Counted from the whole stretch's first letter, positions 12,542-25,979 are shown. The stretch: DNA of 62,746 bases, filler included, from Nemertoderma westbladi (GCA_032718475.1; 3 parts of 3 records of this genome joined end to end with filler, not necessarily neighbours in it), one strand, 5' to 3'. The notes: generated from the letters alone by a model not told the origin. Made by a program: numbers and translations.

Positions 12542-13086
12542 CAGGGCTGGCAGGCTGGCAAAAACCTTAGGTTTTTCAAAACAAAAATTAGGTTTTAGGT
12601 TTTTGTTAGGTTTTTGCAGGTTTTTGGAAGGTTTTTGCAGGTTTTTGAATGTTATCACTAGGTTTTTGTAGTATTTCTGTCAGGCTGTATTTGTATATTG
12701 ATTGATTAGATTGACATGAAGGCCGGCGCTCTGAAGCTTGATTGGTCCATCAGTTCATCTGTTATGGTCAGATGGTTAGATAAATTATATGGGACCGCAT
12801 TTCTTCAAGATTATATTTTATACGGCAGTACGGCACTGGTAGATATGCCTACAATATATTACAGTATTACAATAATCGATTTGATTTTTGTTTTAAAAAG
12901 GGATAAGGTAATATTAGTCAGTCCAGTCCAGCAGTCCAGCAAATTAGCAAAAGACAAGCAATTTGGCTCCTTTTTGTGATCAAAAACCTAAAAACCTAGT
13001 TTTGGGTTTTTTTCAAATTTTAGGTTTTTGACAAAATCGACAAAAACCTAGGTTTACAAAAACCTACTTTGCCAGCCCTGGCCCTG
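12542..13086. mobile_element. hAT-like MITE
   Basis: TIRs CAGGGCTGGCA / TGCCAGCCCTG, AAAACC/GGTTTT subterminal repeats and an imperfect 8-bp TSD GCCCCTTT / GCCCATTT. Confidence 0.7.
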
Positions 13087-13150
13087 GCCCATTTCTGCCT
13101 TTGCCTTTCCCGCACCCACATAGCAGTGTCCAACACCCACGTAACCCTGG

Positions 13151-14111
13151 GCGGGGTAAAGTGAGACATCCGTGGTAAATTGGGACACCTTTTCTTTTAT
13201 TTTGAAAATTTTACACAAAATGAGCACCATGTCAAAATTTGAAGAGTAAACTTGAAGTAGGAAACAACCGGGTGTGAAATATTAGCCGGGGCCGGGGCCA
13301 GGTTGAATTGAATGGTGTTTTTATGGTTATATTTACCGGTATAATAAATTTTATTGTTATAATACAGTAGGCCTAAGGTCTATGGCCTATGGGTTATGTT
13401 GTTTAATTTAATCACATTGTTTTAGACAATTTATAATTTAGAATTTGGCGAGCTAACCGTACCGTACCGGTACCGGTAGGCCCTATTGAAAAGTTTTACA
13501 TGTACACCGAATACGTTCGGCGCAGCATTATTATGACCTGCGCCGGGAGCTGGTGCAGAAATGTGCTGCGCCGAGCAAAGTGAAAGAAGGCCCGGCGCAG
13601 AGATATGCTGCACCGGCGCAGAAATGGCAACACAGCAATAATATAGATGCTGCACTTGGCGCAGTCCGCGTCGAAATATTTATATTATTATCAATTGTTT
13701 ATAATTTTTTTCATCTGGCGCAGTATTTCACAGATAGCTGGCGCAGGATTTTTTGCACCTGGCGTGGCAGCGTGGCCTTGCACCGACAAACCGAGCCGGC
13801 GCAAGGTTTTATTTCACCCGGCGTGGCTTTTCTTTCACAGAGCTGGCGCAGGATTTTTTGCACCCGGCGTCGCGTTCGGCGCAGGAAATTTCAACTTTTC
13901 AATAGTGCGCGGTAGCCGGTAGGCCTACATAAATAATGAAAAAATTTATAAAGTGTTTTCAAATGGCAGAATGGGCATGGCAGCATGGTGCTATGGTGTT
14001 TTATGCACTAAACAGATAGGCCTAAATAAATGGCAAATGTGGACTCTCAGACCGGATAATCCCTATCCCATTTTACCCCGTCAGCCCGTCCCCCGTCCCA
14101 TTTTACCCCGC
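13151..14111. mobile_element. MITE-like element (pogo/Tc1-mariner-like termini)
   Basis: GCGGGGTAAAGTGAGAC at the left, GTCCCATTTTACCCCGC at the right, with a second inner copy of the motif at each end. Confidence 0.55.
13481..13907. mobile_element. CACTA-type MITE nested in the previous element
   Basis: TIRs CCCTATTGAAAAGTT / AACTTTTCAATAGTG (reverse complement CACTATTGAAAAGTT) and many GGCGCAG subterminal motifs. Confidence 0.65.
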
Positions 14112-15161
14112 TTTACAGCCTTAGCCTAGAGGCCTGCAGTCAGGCAGTAGCAGTAGGCTGGTAGGCCTGCCCTGTCGGTGACCGCGAGTGGTAGGCCTAT
14201 TGCTTTGCTAGGCCAAGCTGCCAAGGCCATGAACCGACAGACCGATTACAAATTAGGCCTGCTATTTTATTATTATTATTTTATTACCGGTAGGCTATTT
14301 CTGTAGCTGTGTAGGCCTACCGGCTGACCGGTCAGCCGGTACCGGTATTTACATTTACAATACAGCAATATGCCCAGATGCCTACCGGATAACGGTACCG
14401 GTCAGCCGGTAGCGCGGTACAGAGGTAGGGCACAAGGGCAGTACAGCAGTAGGGTAAGAGCAAGCGGTAACTAATTGACTGCTGGAATGGCGAAAAATGC
14501 TGACATGTGCCACGCCGGGCAAAGTGCCAGAACAGCAGACAGGCAGAATCCAGAAGGCCCGGCGCAGAGCACAGAGATGTGCTGCGCTGGTGCAGAATTG
14601 GCAATCAGGCTAAATACAGCGGTATTGATCCAGAGATCAATAACACCAATTCAGCATTTGCAATTCAATTGCCAATATCAGAATCTGCCAATACTGCAAT
14701 ACTGCTATAGGCCTACTACATGCAGAATTAAGTACCATACCACCACCCTTATCTGCTTATGCCTAAGTGCTTAAATTAAAGGCGGTAAAGTTTATTGACC
14801 AATAGAAATTGATGACGATGTGGAGCCCCATGTGCGTTTTTCACTCAAATGCAGATCCCTATAAACTGGTATGCTTCGGCAATAGATACACCTCCAATTA
14901 TAACTCATTATACACCAGTGGAAACAATATATTCTAACACTGGCGAATATGTGGTGTCATATATTAAATTTAGACAAACGAATTTCAGCGCCACTTATTA
15001 ACCAATTATACGCCAGTGGAAACCATCTATTCTATCACTGGTGAATATGTGGTATCATTTATAAAAATTACGGACAAATTCAAGTGCAGCGCCACTCATA
15101 CACCTGACGCCATTCTACACCAAACGTACACCGATATAGCACTGGATCATTTTTTACTGGG

Positions 15162-15340
15162 TAGGTACGGACAGCATACGTTCCATAATTTAGTGATTCA
15201 TAGCACTGACTGTTTGGTACCGGTTCGCTTTGTAGAACGTACATTAGTACCCCCCCCCCCCCCCCTTGTCTGGAGTTAGCTATTTGATCAGGCAAGGAGC
15301 ATTTCTGCTACCGGCACACTGCTTGGCCTAGGGAGGTTTA
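15162..15340 (+). repeat. Direct repeat, right copy, flanking the EnSpm insertion
   Basis: Matches 10187-10372. Confidence 0.95.
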
Positions 15341-17348
15341 TTAATATCCTACCGCGCCTTGCCACGTACTGATAGGTATTGCTGCTAACTACCGCAGCAA
15401 CAAAGTTCTAGAATTAAATTAGTATACCAGATCAGCTAACGTACGGTAGCGATTAACCCCTATTCTTATCTTACAACCAGAATCTGGTATTAGTGCCGAT
15501 CACGGGTGTAGTTACTAACACTGTGGTTGCCCATTGGGTTGTGGATAGGAAGGAGAGAGCTTTGACGTCATTCGTGAGTATAAAGTTCTACAAACGCGAC
15601 TAGTTTATTTTAGTAGCTAGCGCACGGTATCATTTTAGTCAGAAAATCACTAAAACCTAGTAAAAGGAATTACCCGAAATTGTTTTATTCGTAACACACC
15701 CACACACACACGCCCTAAAACATATCGCCCTTAAAGTTCTACTAGCTATAGCGTACTATACATTACGTTAGGAGGAAATTATTTGTATTCGTACAATTAG
15801 GATCTGATTTGATTGCGGCAAAATAAGGAGTATTTCACTTTCGTTATTAAACTGTTGTTTGTCTGGACAACGGTATTGTTACATTTAGGCCTGACCTTTT
15901 AGACTGATTTCGTACAGGGGGATCAGTTATTGTTACATTTAGGTACGACCCCTTTTCGACTGATTTAGGACTGTCAGTGTTGTTACGCTAGGTCTGTTAA
16001 CCCACTAGCTCGTATATAAACCATATAAATCACACCGCGGCAAGTTACTGTATTTAGGACTGTCAGTGATAGTTAGGATTCGCTGCGCGGGGATTGTTTT
16101 CCCGTGAGTTTGGTCTGTTACGGTAACTGTACATCTGCCTCACCGGTTAGAGGACAGGTATCCTTCTGTCTAGTACGTAGGCATTAGACCCGCTCACGTA
16201 CATAGAATAGATACAAGGCTCTGTTCCTCGCCAGTAGTCGTTTGTGTACTATATCTGTTTGTTTAGATATCCTGGACTGGGATTTGTTGTCAGATACTGT
16301 ACAAGCCCGTATACATTACTAGAGTCTCATAGTAAGATACATCGTTACTAGGATCTGGTAAGCGGTATACTACTGGACCCTTACAGTAGGAAGTATTTAT
16401 ATAAATTAGTATATAGTGCTTCTATCATAGTGTATAGTGTTCCTACTTTAAAGTAGGAAGTATTATTTCCTTTAGTTTAGAATTGTTAGCTATTGAAAGT
16501 AGGAGATATTTAGAATCTAAGGTTAGTAAATTTGTAATTTAGAACGTCCCCTGCTTCAGTAGGCTTTTAGGGTAGCTAGTACTTTCGTATTTAATATTTG
16601 ACTAGCTAACAGTTAGTTTGTAGCACTTTGTTTTACGCCGTGTGTGTGCGGTGTTATTTTCGGTACTTGAAAAGGTACATAGGGTTTAAAGACCAATTTG
16701 TATCGGTACCTAGGAAGATTTTCGTAAGCGTAGAAGTAAAACTCTCACCTTCGACCTTTTCAGGACTCAAGGACTCATTTCTGGACCGCTTCGAGGATTA
16801 GACCGCTTTTCGCAAAGTTTGGGAGACAATAAATTCGTCCGCGCCGCCGAAAAACGGAAAGACCCACGTCCGGTTTGTATTTGGGAATTTGTACGACTGG
16901 AAGATCAAAGGAACGTAAGTTTTACGACTCGCGTCGTTTAAACTTAAGAAAGCACAGTAGTACTCAAAATTTGTGGGTTTCACTGTCTATTTAGTAGTGT
17001 TGTTGGTACATATTTTCCCTTTAGACGTTGCTGTTTGGCCTATTGTTTTACTTGTTGATCTATATTTTGTTAACGTATACCGTTATCTCACTTATTCGTA
17101 CAAATTTAGCCGGTAGGCTAGATTACTACTTATTTTATTATATACCTTTGTTAGTTTATTTGTACCGGTTAGGGTATATATATGATATATATATATATCA
17201 AGGTAAGTTTGACATTTGTGCATTTCGACATTTTGACATTTCGACATTCTGACTTGTTGATTTATTTGTACCGGTTAGGTAAGTTTGACACTTCAACATT
17301 CAGACACTTTGACATTTTATTACCCGTACTTGACGTATATAATAAGAC

Positions 17349-19129
17349 ATGAGTGACACACCCCATTCGACGAGATACCCACCTACCGACTATGACTCGT
17401 GCGACCCGGACAGATCGACAGTAGACGAACCTAGAAGGAGAACCCGAGATTCCACCGATGTCACACCGCTTGCGTCGCCGGTACCCCGAACGGAAATACC
17501 GGAAGCCGCAACGCGTGGCGACGGCAGAATCGAAGATTTCCTTACCGTCCCGCAGACTAGATCGCGGGAACCGGACATGGTAAGTTCGACTGGAAGCCAG
17601 GAGAACGTTATTAGAAGTATAGGAGGACACATGGCCCAGATTACTCGGAACCTCGGAGAAGGTTTTCGCGTTTTACGCGAGTTAACCGCCCCGATGTCGA
17701 GATACGAGTTCTACACCTTACAGGTAAGAATAGAAGGTAGGGTACATGCCTCCGTAGATAAACTTAAAGGTTTGCACGAACTTGCAGAGTTGCGTGGCGA
17801 CAACTTTACTCAGGTAAAGATAGTGGATAAATTGGTGAGTGCGAGAGAAAGCATTATCCAGTTTAAGTCGGTAATAAGCTTGGCTCAACAGGAGCAGTTC
17901 GACCAACTGCTAGGTGAGTCAGTTTCGGACGCGTTGTTACAACCCGAAGAGGAAGAAGAACTCTACTGCCTGGACGGAAGGTTGGAAACGCTGACCAATT
18001 TTCTTCGTAGATGCGGCGTACCGATCGACGAACCGGAAGTCGAACCGCGAGGGACGACGGAAGTTCTCACTACGGAAGGCTCGCGAGCCTACCAACATCC
18101 ACCACTGGATAGATCGTTCGTTAGCGTACGGAGCGACGTTGGCAACGTTGGTGACGTTAGTAGAACAGCGTCTGGAATTACTCGACAACAACAGGAGGTT
18201 GCACGCCGACAACAAGTCGCCGAGGAAGAAGCGCGACACCAGATGGCACAGATCGCCATCGAAGGAGAGAAACAACGTAGAGAAGACGAGGCAAGAATTG
18301 CACAACTCAAGGCGCAAGCTGAATTCGAAGCATCAGAAATGCGCAGACTGGAGGAGGACTTAGCACGGCAGAAGGCAGCATCCGACGCTCGTGCCAAGTT
18401 GGAGGCGCGGCAAATAAACGCTCGTTTAGCTATACAGGAAGCGGAATTAGCGGCACAACAACAGGACGCAGATCGACGCGAAAGGGAGATGCAACTACAG
18501 TTCGAATTGAATCGTAGATCGCGCGAGACAGCGAACGCGCAAGCGGACCTCGAACTCGACGCGAGAGATAGATCTATGAGATCGCGAACTGGACACGACT
18601 TGTCTGCCCTGGATCGTATGGAAGCTCGATATCGCGGAATACAGAAGCGGATCGAGGAAGGAAGCGTGGGAGCGATAGATCGAGGAGAGGAGTTCGTCGA
18701 GGATTACTGTAAACGTTTTCCCCAAGTTATTCCTATGCTCAAACCCACGACTCCGATAAAACCGGTCTTCGTTACGAAACCTAAGGAAATAACGCCAGTG
18801 CGTTCGACGCAAGGCAACAGGTTTGTTGTGACGGAATTACCGCAACCTAGGGCGACCTCATCGCCAATTTTAGCAGGTAACATAACTAGTCCACCTACAG
18901 TAAGTCGTAGTCTACTCGTAGGAAGAGAGGAACCTGCGTTTATGACCATTAAACAGGTGAGTAAACCATTACAAGTTAAACCTGTGACGTGCTGTGCAAA
19001 TCCAGTTATTTACAGACCGACTACGAAACCCGACTATTTCACTCGACCGTTGACACAATGTTCGACGCAACCTACGACTTCGTGGAAGGCTTGCGAGCCT
19101 ACCGAACTACGGAGGAGGATGGATGTGGG
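17349..19129 (+). CDS. Probable Gag/polyprotein N-terminus of the LTR retrotransposon (coiled-coil rich), truncated by contig end
   Basis: ATG-initiated, intronless, >590 aa, with an E/R/Q/A-rich coiled coil followed by a P/T-rich linker. Same strand as and downstream of the LTR/PBS. No diagnostic domain is visible before the gap. Confidence 0.55.
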
Positions 19130-19229
19130 NNNNNNNNNNNNNNNNNNNNNNNNNNNNNNNNNNNNNNNNNNNNTTAATTAATTAANNNNNNNNNNNNNNN
19201 NNNNNNNNNNNNNNNNNNNNNNNNNNNNN
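19130..19229. other. Artificial contig-joining linker
   Basis: 100 nt of N with a central TTAATTAATTAA (stops in six frames). Confidence 0.98.
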
Positions 19230-21552
19230 ACGAGGTCGACAAATACATCGTCGTCATCGGACACAAGTCCGTCGTCTTCGAGAAAGACAAAGACCCGTCC
19301 GTGTTGCGCAGTTCTACAGCCGGGAAGTTGCTAAGCAACCTGGTGGAAGAAGGGGGTCATGTAGACAGCGGCGACCCATACTGCGAACTGGAGGTCATGA
19401 AAATGGTGACTACGTTGACGGCGAACCACGCGGGTCTCATCAGCTACACGAAACGCCCGGGAACCTCAGTGGAATGCGGCGAGGTTCTGGCCCATCTGCG
19501 ATTGGACGACTCGCAGAAGGTCGCGCAAACACGTCGATTCAACGGGACATTCCTGGACACCGCGAGTCCCAACACGAAGGGGGAGAAACTCCACCAGGTC
19601 TACCAGACAGCGCTGTCCGTAGTTCGCAACCTACTCGAGCACGGCTACTCCATAGCCGAGCCCAACTTCGAGTCGCACATCGCCGCGAAGTTCGAGGTGC
19701 TCATTAAATGTCTCAATGACAAGCAGCTCCCGATCCTGGAGATGCAGCAGTTGGTATCCAGCGTGGTGAACCGCCTACCCGCCGGCCTCGAGAAGGCGAT
19801 CCGCAATGCGCTCGCTCTGTACGCGGCTAACATCACCTCGGTTTTGGGGAGTTTCCCCTCGGCGGAGATTCTCCGGGTGGTCGACTCGCATCGGGCCGCC
19901 ATCGCGAAGCGGGCGGACCAGGATCGCTTCGTCATGGAGACCCAGCCTATAGTGCAGCTCGCCCAGCGGTACCGGTCTGGACTGCGGAGCTGCATGAAGT
20001 CCGTCATCATGGAGTTCCTGAAACTCTATCTCGATGTGGAGAAGGAGTTCCAGTTAAACAGTCTCGAGAAATCGATAAATTTACTCCGGGAAAAATACAA
20101 AGATAAGTTGCACGTCGTTGTCGATATGGTGAAGTCCCATAACAATATCGCACGGAAGAACGTGCTTATCATTAAGATTATTAACTACATAAGCGATAAT
20201 GTCTCTACATTCCTTGATGAGAAGAACCAGATCCTCTCGGAACTCGCGTTGCTCAGTCATGCGGATAACAGCAAAGTGGCGCTGCGCGCCAAACAGCTGC
20301 TGGTCTCGGCGCGCCAACCTTCGTACCGGGTTCGACGCGAGCAAGTGGAGCGGATATTCATGGGAGCCGTTGGTGATGATGGTCCAGAACATGGAGCCAA
20401 GAAGCTGGAAAAGCTGATACACAGCGAAACAGCGTTCTTCGACGTTCTCCCGGAGTTCTTCTACCACGAGAACCACCTGGTTCGCGTCGCAGCTCTCGAG
20501 GTCTACGTCCGTCGCGCTTACATCGCCTACAACATCCTGTCCCTCTGTAACTACCGCCTATCCTCCGGAGACACGGAGGAGACCGCCCTCTTCCTCGTCG
20601 AGTTTCAGTTCCTCCTACCCACTTCGCATCCTCACAGAGCGGCGGCCAGCGGGATGAACCTACCGTCCCCGGACGAGCGGCCGGAGGAACTGCCTCGGGT
20701 GCGCAGCAGTGGTGGAATCGTGACGCTCGCGCACGAGATCGTCAACATGATCTCGACTCTCCACCAGGACAGCAAGGCGACGCCGTACGAACGTTTGGGT
20801 GTGATGGTCGCTCTTCCTTCCCTCAACGAGTTTCACACTCATTTCCCCAACTTACTTCAACGTTTCCCCTCCACACCGCCGCCTAGCCCCTTCGCAACCT
20901 CACCCACCACGACATTTAACTCGGTGAACTCGGAATACATCAAAAACGTGGAACTCGTCCATATCATCAATATCGCGGTAATGATGACCCCTGACTTAGT
21001 GGCCAACGATGATGAAGAGTTAAGCGCCACCTTACGTAAACTCCTCATACCCCACGACTGTCTTATAACTGAGAAAGGAATCAGAAGGATTACCTTTGTA
21101 ATTATAATACATCATGAGTATCCGCGATACTTTACATACAGAACTAAGCCACCTGCCTTACCTGAGAGCGGTTCATCCAACAGTCTCGATAAAATGACAA
21201 CAAGTTCTGCTATTGAAAACAACGTGTCGGTTAACAGTGTGGCGTCTGAGAGTGGCGTGGCGGCTGCAGTGGTTGTGCAGTGCGGGACTGTAGCAGCCAA
21301 TGTGGCTGTCATGTGTGGTTCAGTCCCGGCCTCCCAGTCTACCGTAGAGTTGCAGCATCAGCAGTGCGTGACATTGAGTCTGGAGGAGGATACCATATAC
21401 CGGCATTTAGAACCGGCCTTGGCATTCCAACTGGAGGTGGCGAGAATGGCGATGTTTAGTCTCAAAATACTACCGACTTCTAATCGGAAAATGCATCTCT
21501 ACATGGGGAAGGGTAAGGGATCATCTTCTGGAGGCCAATTACAGGATTACAG
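19230..21552 (+). CDS. ACC: Acetyl-CoA carboxylase, 5'-partial exon (BT end, biotin carrier BCCP, central domain)
   Basis: Frame from 19232 reads EVDKYIVVIGHKSVVFEKDKDPSVLR. Contains the biotinylation motif EVMKM, AALEVYVRRAYIAY and IYRHLEPALAFQLE. Donor AG|GTAAGT at 21552/21553. Confidence 0.95.
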
Positions 21553-22157
21553 GTAAGTTCAGTTGATTGTCTAGTACAATATGGGGTGGGGTTCATTGGC
21601 TCTTCCCGAGGGTTACCACTACCAGACTATTCCATAAAGGCAACCCGTCTATTTCTCCCCCTTTTGGGGGAAAATGTTCCAAATTACTACCTCGTTTTCT
21701 CTCTTAATGTTGTTTTGCCATCTTTACCGTTCTGTTTATAAATCTCCTGAAATAATCATATTTGTGGCCGAAATATGAATTCACCTTAGGTGAAGGTAAG
21801 TTTATTGCGGGCAGCAAGTAGAGCCTGTGCTGCTATATGCACTAATGCAGCCCTTCTGGGTTCTTACTGCAGGGGTCACCAGATCCCTTTACGGTATGTA
21901 CTTAGTGTTTAAACGGGATCAGATATTCTGGGATCGGGACCGGGATTGTAATTTTCATTCGATTCATTAAGTTTTCAGTGTATGTGGCAGTGTGTGTATG
22001 AAAATGATTTTGGGGCACATCATATATCTTTATTTTACACTTCTGAAATATTAATAAGATAAATTTAAAAAATTAGATGATTAATCAGAAGGCTGATGGA
22101 GGAACCGCTATGCACCAAAACTAATGATGACGTCACTGTGTAATTGAATTATTGCAG

Positions 22158-24051
22158 GTTCTTTGTACGAGCCATTATTCGCCATTCCGACCTGGTCACT
22201 TCAGAGACGAGTTTCGATTATCTAAAAGATGAAGGGGAGAAAATCCTACTAGAGGCCTTGGACGAACTAGAGTTGGCGTTCTCCAACCCGAACAACAAGC
22301 CCACCGACTGCAATCACATCTTCCTAAACTTCGTCCCATCTGTAATCATCGACCCGGTCGTTCTCACCGACCACGTCCGCAATATGATTGTCCGACGCGG
22401 TGTCCGTTTGGTCCGACTCCGTGTCACCCAAGCCGAACTCCGATTCGTCATCATCCACTCCCCGGATGGCATTCCAACCCCGTTCCGTCTTCTCGTCTCG
22501 TCCGAGTCCGGCTACTTCCTCAACCTGGACATGTACCGCGAGCGGTATGATTCGGTCTCCGGACAGACGGTCTACCACACGTGGGTGCCGGAATCGACTG
22601 TGGCGCGTTCCCGCTCCACTACCGCCATAATCGGGGGGACACCCCATGTTGGCGGCCCTGAGAGCAAAATCCGGTCAACATCGGATGCCGGAAATCTGGG
22701 CTCTACAGCCTCTACCAAGAAAGGCCCGTTCCACGGTATGCCAATAAACACGCCCTACCTTGGAAAAGGGCACATGGATGCGAAACGTGGTGTCGCCCAG
22801 TCCATGGGTACCACCTACGTGTACGACTACCCAGAGATGATCCGTCAAGCCGTTCTCAAACTGTGGATCACCCACGCGGCGCGCAACCCCGATGTATCTA
22901 TACCCTCTGCGGATGACGCCGCGGTTTACTCCGAATTGGTCCTCGACAATCTTGGCAACATCCACGTGATGAACCGACATCACGGTGAGAACACCTTGGG
23001 TATGGTTGCGTGGCGGTTCACTCTCTTCACGCCCGAGTACCCGGGCGGGCGTGAGGTCATCGTAATCGCCAATGACATCACCCACAAAATGGGTTCCATC
23101 AGCACCCAAGAGGTCCTCCTATTCTTTAAGGCTTCGGAACTGGCCAGGAAATTCGGCATCCCACGAATATTTCTCGCAGCTAATAGCGGAGCTCGAATTG
23201 GCGTCGCGGAAGAGATTAAGAGTTTATTTAAAGTTTCCTGGGTAGACGAATGCAACCCAGAGAAAGGGTTTAATTACCTTTACTTAACTCCACAGGATTA
23301 TAAGAAAGTTTCTGCGAGTAATTCCGTGATGGCCTCGGTAATTGAGGTTGAGGGTGAGACTCGTTATAAGATCTCCACGATTGTAGGCCAAGAGGATGGT
23401 ATCGGGGTTGAGAATCTCAGTGGCTCCGGTTGGATAGCAGGAGAGACTTCCCTCGCTTATAACTCTGTAGTCACACTCAGCATGGTCTCTTGCCGCACCA
23501 TCGGCATTGGTGCTTACCTCGTGCGACTGGGCAAGCGCGTCGTGCAGGTGGACAACTCGCACGTTATTCTCACGGGGGCGCCCGCACTCAATAAGCTGCT
23601 GGGTCGCCAGGTCTATTCGTCCAACACGCAGCTCGGCGGCATACAGATTATGTGCGAGAACGGAGTGAGTCACGCCCACGCGAGCGATGACTTTCAGGGG
23701 ATATTCACCCTCCTGTTGTGGCTGTCCTACATTCCTAAATCTAAAGGAGCTCCATTGCCTATAATGCCTACGTTGGACCCTATTAATCGACCCATCGGGT
23801 TTGTTCCGTCTAAAACTCCGTACGATGTTCGGTACATGTTGGCGGGGAAACCAGGTCGTGGGAACTCGTTGGATTTATCGGGGTTCTTCGACTCCGGGTC
23901 ATGGGACGAGATATTGGGCGACTGGGCGCGCACTGTAGTCGTGGGGCGGGCGAGATTGGGAGGAATTCCGATGGGCGTCATAGCGGTAGAAACTCGTGCA
24001 GTAGACCTCGCCATACCCGCAGATCCAGCTAATCTCCAGTCTGAACGAAAG
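22158..24051 (+). CDS. ACC: Acetyl-CoA carboxylase, internal exon (end of central domain, carboxyltransferase N-lobe)
   Basis: Acceptor TTGCAG|G at 22157 restores [15 protein letters not shown]. Contains [33 protein letters not shown] and GRARLGGIP. Donor AAG|GTTGGT at 24051/24052. Confidence 0.95.
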
Positions 24052-25979
24052 GTTGGTGGTATATAAATTATTTTATTGTTTTTGTTACTTTTTCGCACAA
24101 ATGTACCCTAGAATCTGGATAAAAATGAGTGAATTTTTCCCAAGAAAAAAGTCCATTGACTTTGATTCAAGTTCATTGATTTTACTTTTCTTAAATTTTA
24201 TTACATGTTGAAAGAGCATCGACGTACAAATATAGTAAAAATACATTCAGGCAAATCCAGTTACGCAAATATAATAATATTCTTAATAATAATATTTATA
24301 TTTTACTATAATTATGTTTAATAGGGTTAAGTAGTCAGATAATCAGAAAAACTTAAGATAACCTGACAGACAGCAAATAATTTTTAACGGGCGGGTGGAT
24401 CTGGATAGTATTCTATACGTCATAATTATATATGAACGTTATTTCATACCTATTGAATTCATAAACACCAATTCATATATCAGACATTTCTTTACATAAA
24501 TTATTATTAACCTAACAGCCCTGAGGTAGAGAAGCCCACAATTTACTGTACGGACAATAAATTAATTAACAATAAAATTAATAATAATAAATATTTACAT
24601 AATAAAACTTTGACAAAATTTAATAAATTCCCTAAAAAGCATGTCATTTAAAAATTTATTAGGGCGTTTTGCCCTCATGTCTTTTTGCCCTGAGGTCATT
24701 TATCACTGAGGGCGATGTACTCAGTTACACGATCATCATACTCACTAATTCAAAGTTATTACAGATCTACAAATGTAAATGTGTAAAGTGAATCTATTCT
24801 CTTTCTATAACTCTTAGAATTATATTTTTTTACTGCTTGTTTTTGTTGGCTCCTACTCACTGCTTTCTTTAGAAGGCCGTGCTCCCACTGCAAACTCCCA
24901 CTGCGACCTTGCTGATGGGGTCGTTCTCACAAAAAGTGGCCAAACTTTTATGTCAAAATGGCCATGCATTCCCACGGTTATATTTCCAAACGACACAGAT
25001 TTAACCCCATGAACCTATATACCTGGAAATCTGCGGAAATCTGCTCCTATTTCAGCAAATTTTCAACAGATTCCATTCACAACCTAGAGAATGACACCAT
25101 TTCAAATATCGAAAATGCATGTTTTTTGAAATGTCACATTGAATTATTTTTAAATATTTGGCTTCTGAGCTAAAGTAATGAGAGCAAAGGTTCCACATCC
25201 CATACATCAAAATAAAGCAAATTTAATGCTCTTTCACATACTATTGGTGGTTTTCAACCGAAGCTACCCACATTTTATATATTTACTATTTACTAACAAT
25301 TAATTACGCCGTCACTAGGATTTTGTCCACCATGTAACGCTCGTTTTCATGACATGGTTTTTTTATATTTATTCACAACATCTCCAAGTGAGATATTTCT
25401 AAACGGCGATTTATTTAGCTACCAGCAGGTAAAAGCCGAGCATTGTGCGAAAACGTAAATCTACAAAAAATACCGTCATTAAGAATGTCCTCAATGTAAC
25501 GCTACTTTGAATAGCGATAACTTTTGCTGTACTAATCACATCGACACCATTGAGGGCTCATATGAAAGAGCAATCGCAGATCTATCGAATCACATATTTG
25601 ATTTTAATATAGTTTCAAAACAGACTATAGCCAACGCCATGCTAATGAAATATGTCTTCAATGTCCACCATGTAACGTAGTTGGGCCTGAAAATACCTGA
25701 TAATACGAGTGGCGTTTCTATTTACACATTAGGCAGTCAGGGTCAAATTAACAATAGTCGATGGTTTCTGGTTTTCAGTATTTAGTATAAACAACTGTAG
25801 TAGTAATATTATCTGTCTGTAGTCTGTATTACCTAGTACTACCTAAAGGGTTTAGGAAAAGCTCATGATTTGTTTACCTTTCTTTATTTCGGTTCTAAAA
25901 CAGTAATTCTTAATCATCATGCAATTACAATTGTCAAACGGAATTAAGCGTGTTGTGTCTGGTAAGAACTTCTCAATTG

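Larger units (their letters stand above)
10373..15161 (-). mobile_element. Defective EnSpm/CACTA (CMC) DNA transposon with one end retained
   Basis: Minus-strand start CCCAGTAAAAAATG at 15161 (CCCAG-type terminus of animal EnSpm elements), ~98-bp subterminal repeats (about 14910-15090) and a transposase gene. No matching second terminus. Confidence 0.65.

Noticed and set aside
10187-15340. The ~180-bp direct repeats as LTRs of a separate retroelement
   Set aside because: No TG...CA ends, PBS or PPT, and the interior encodes a DNA-transposon transposase.
19174-19185. TTAATTAATTAA within N runs (also 45463-45474)
   Set aside because: Synthetic spacer; adjacency across it carries no biological meaning.
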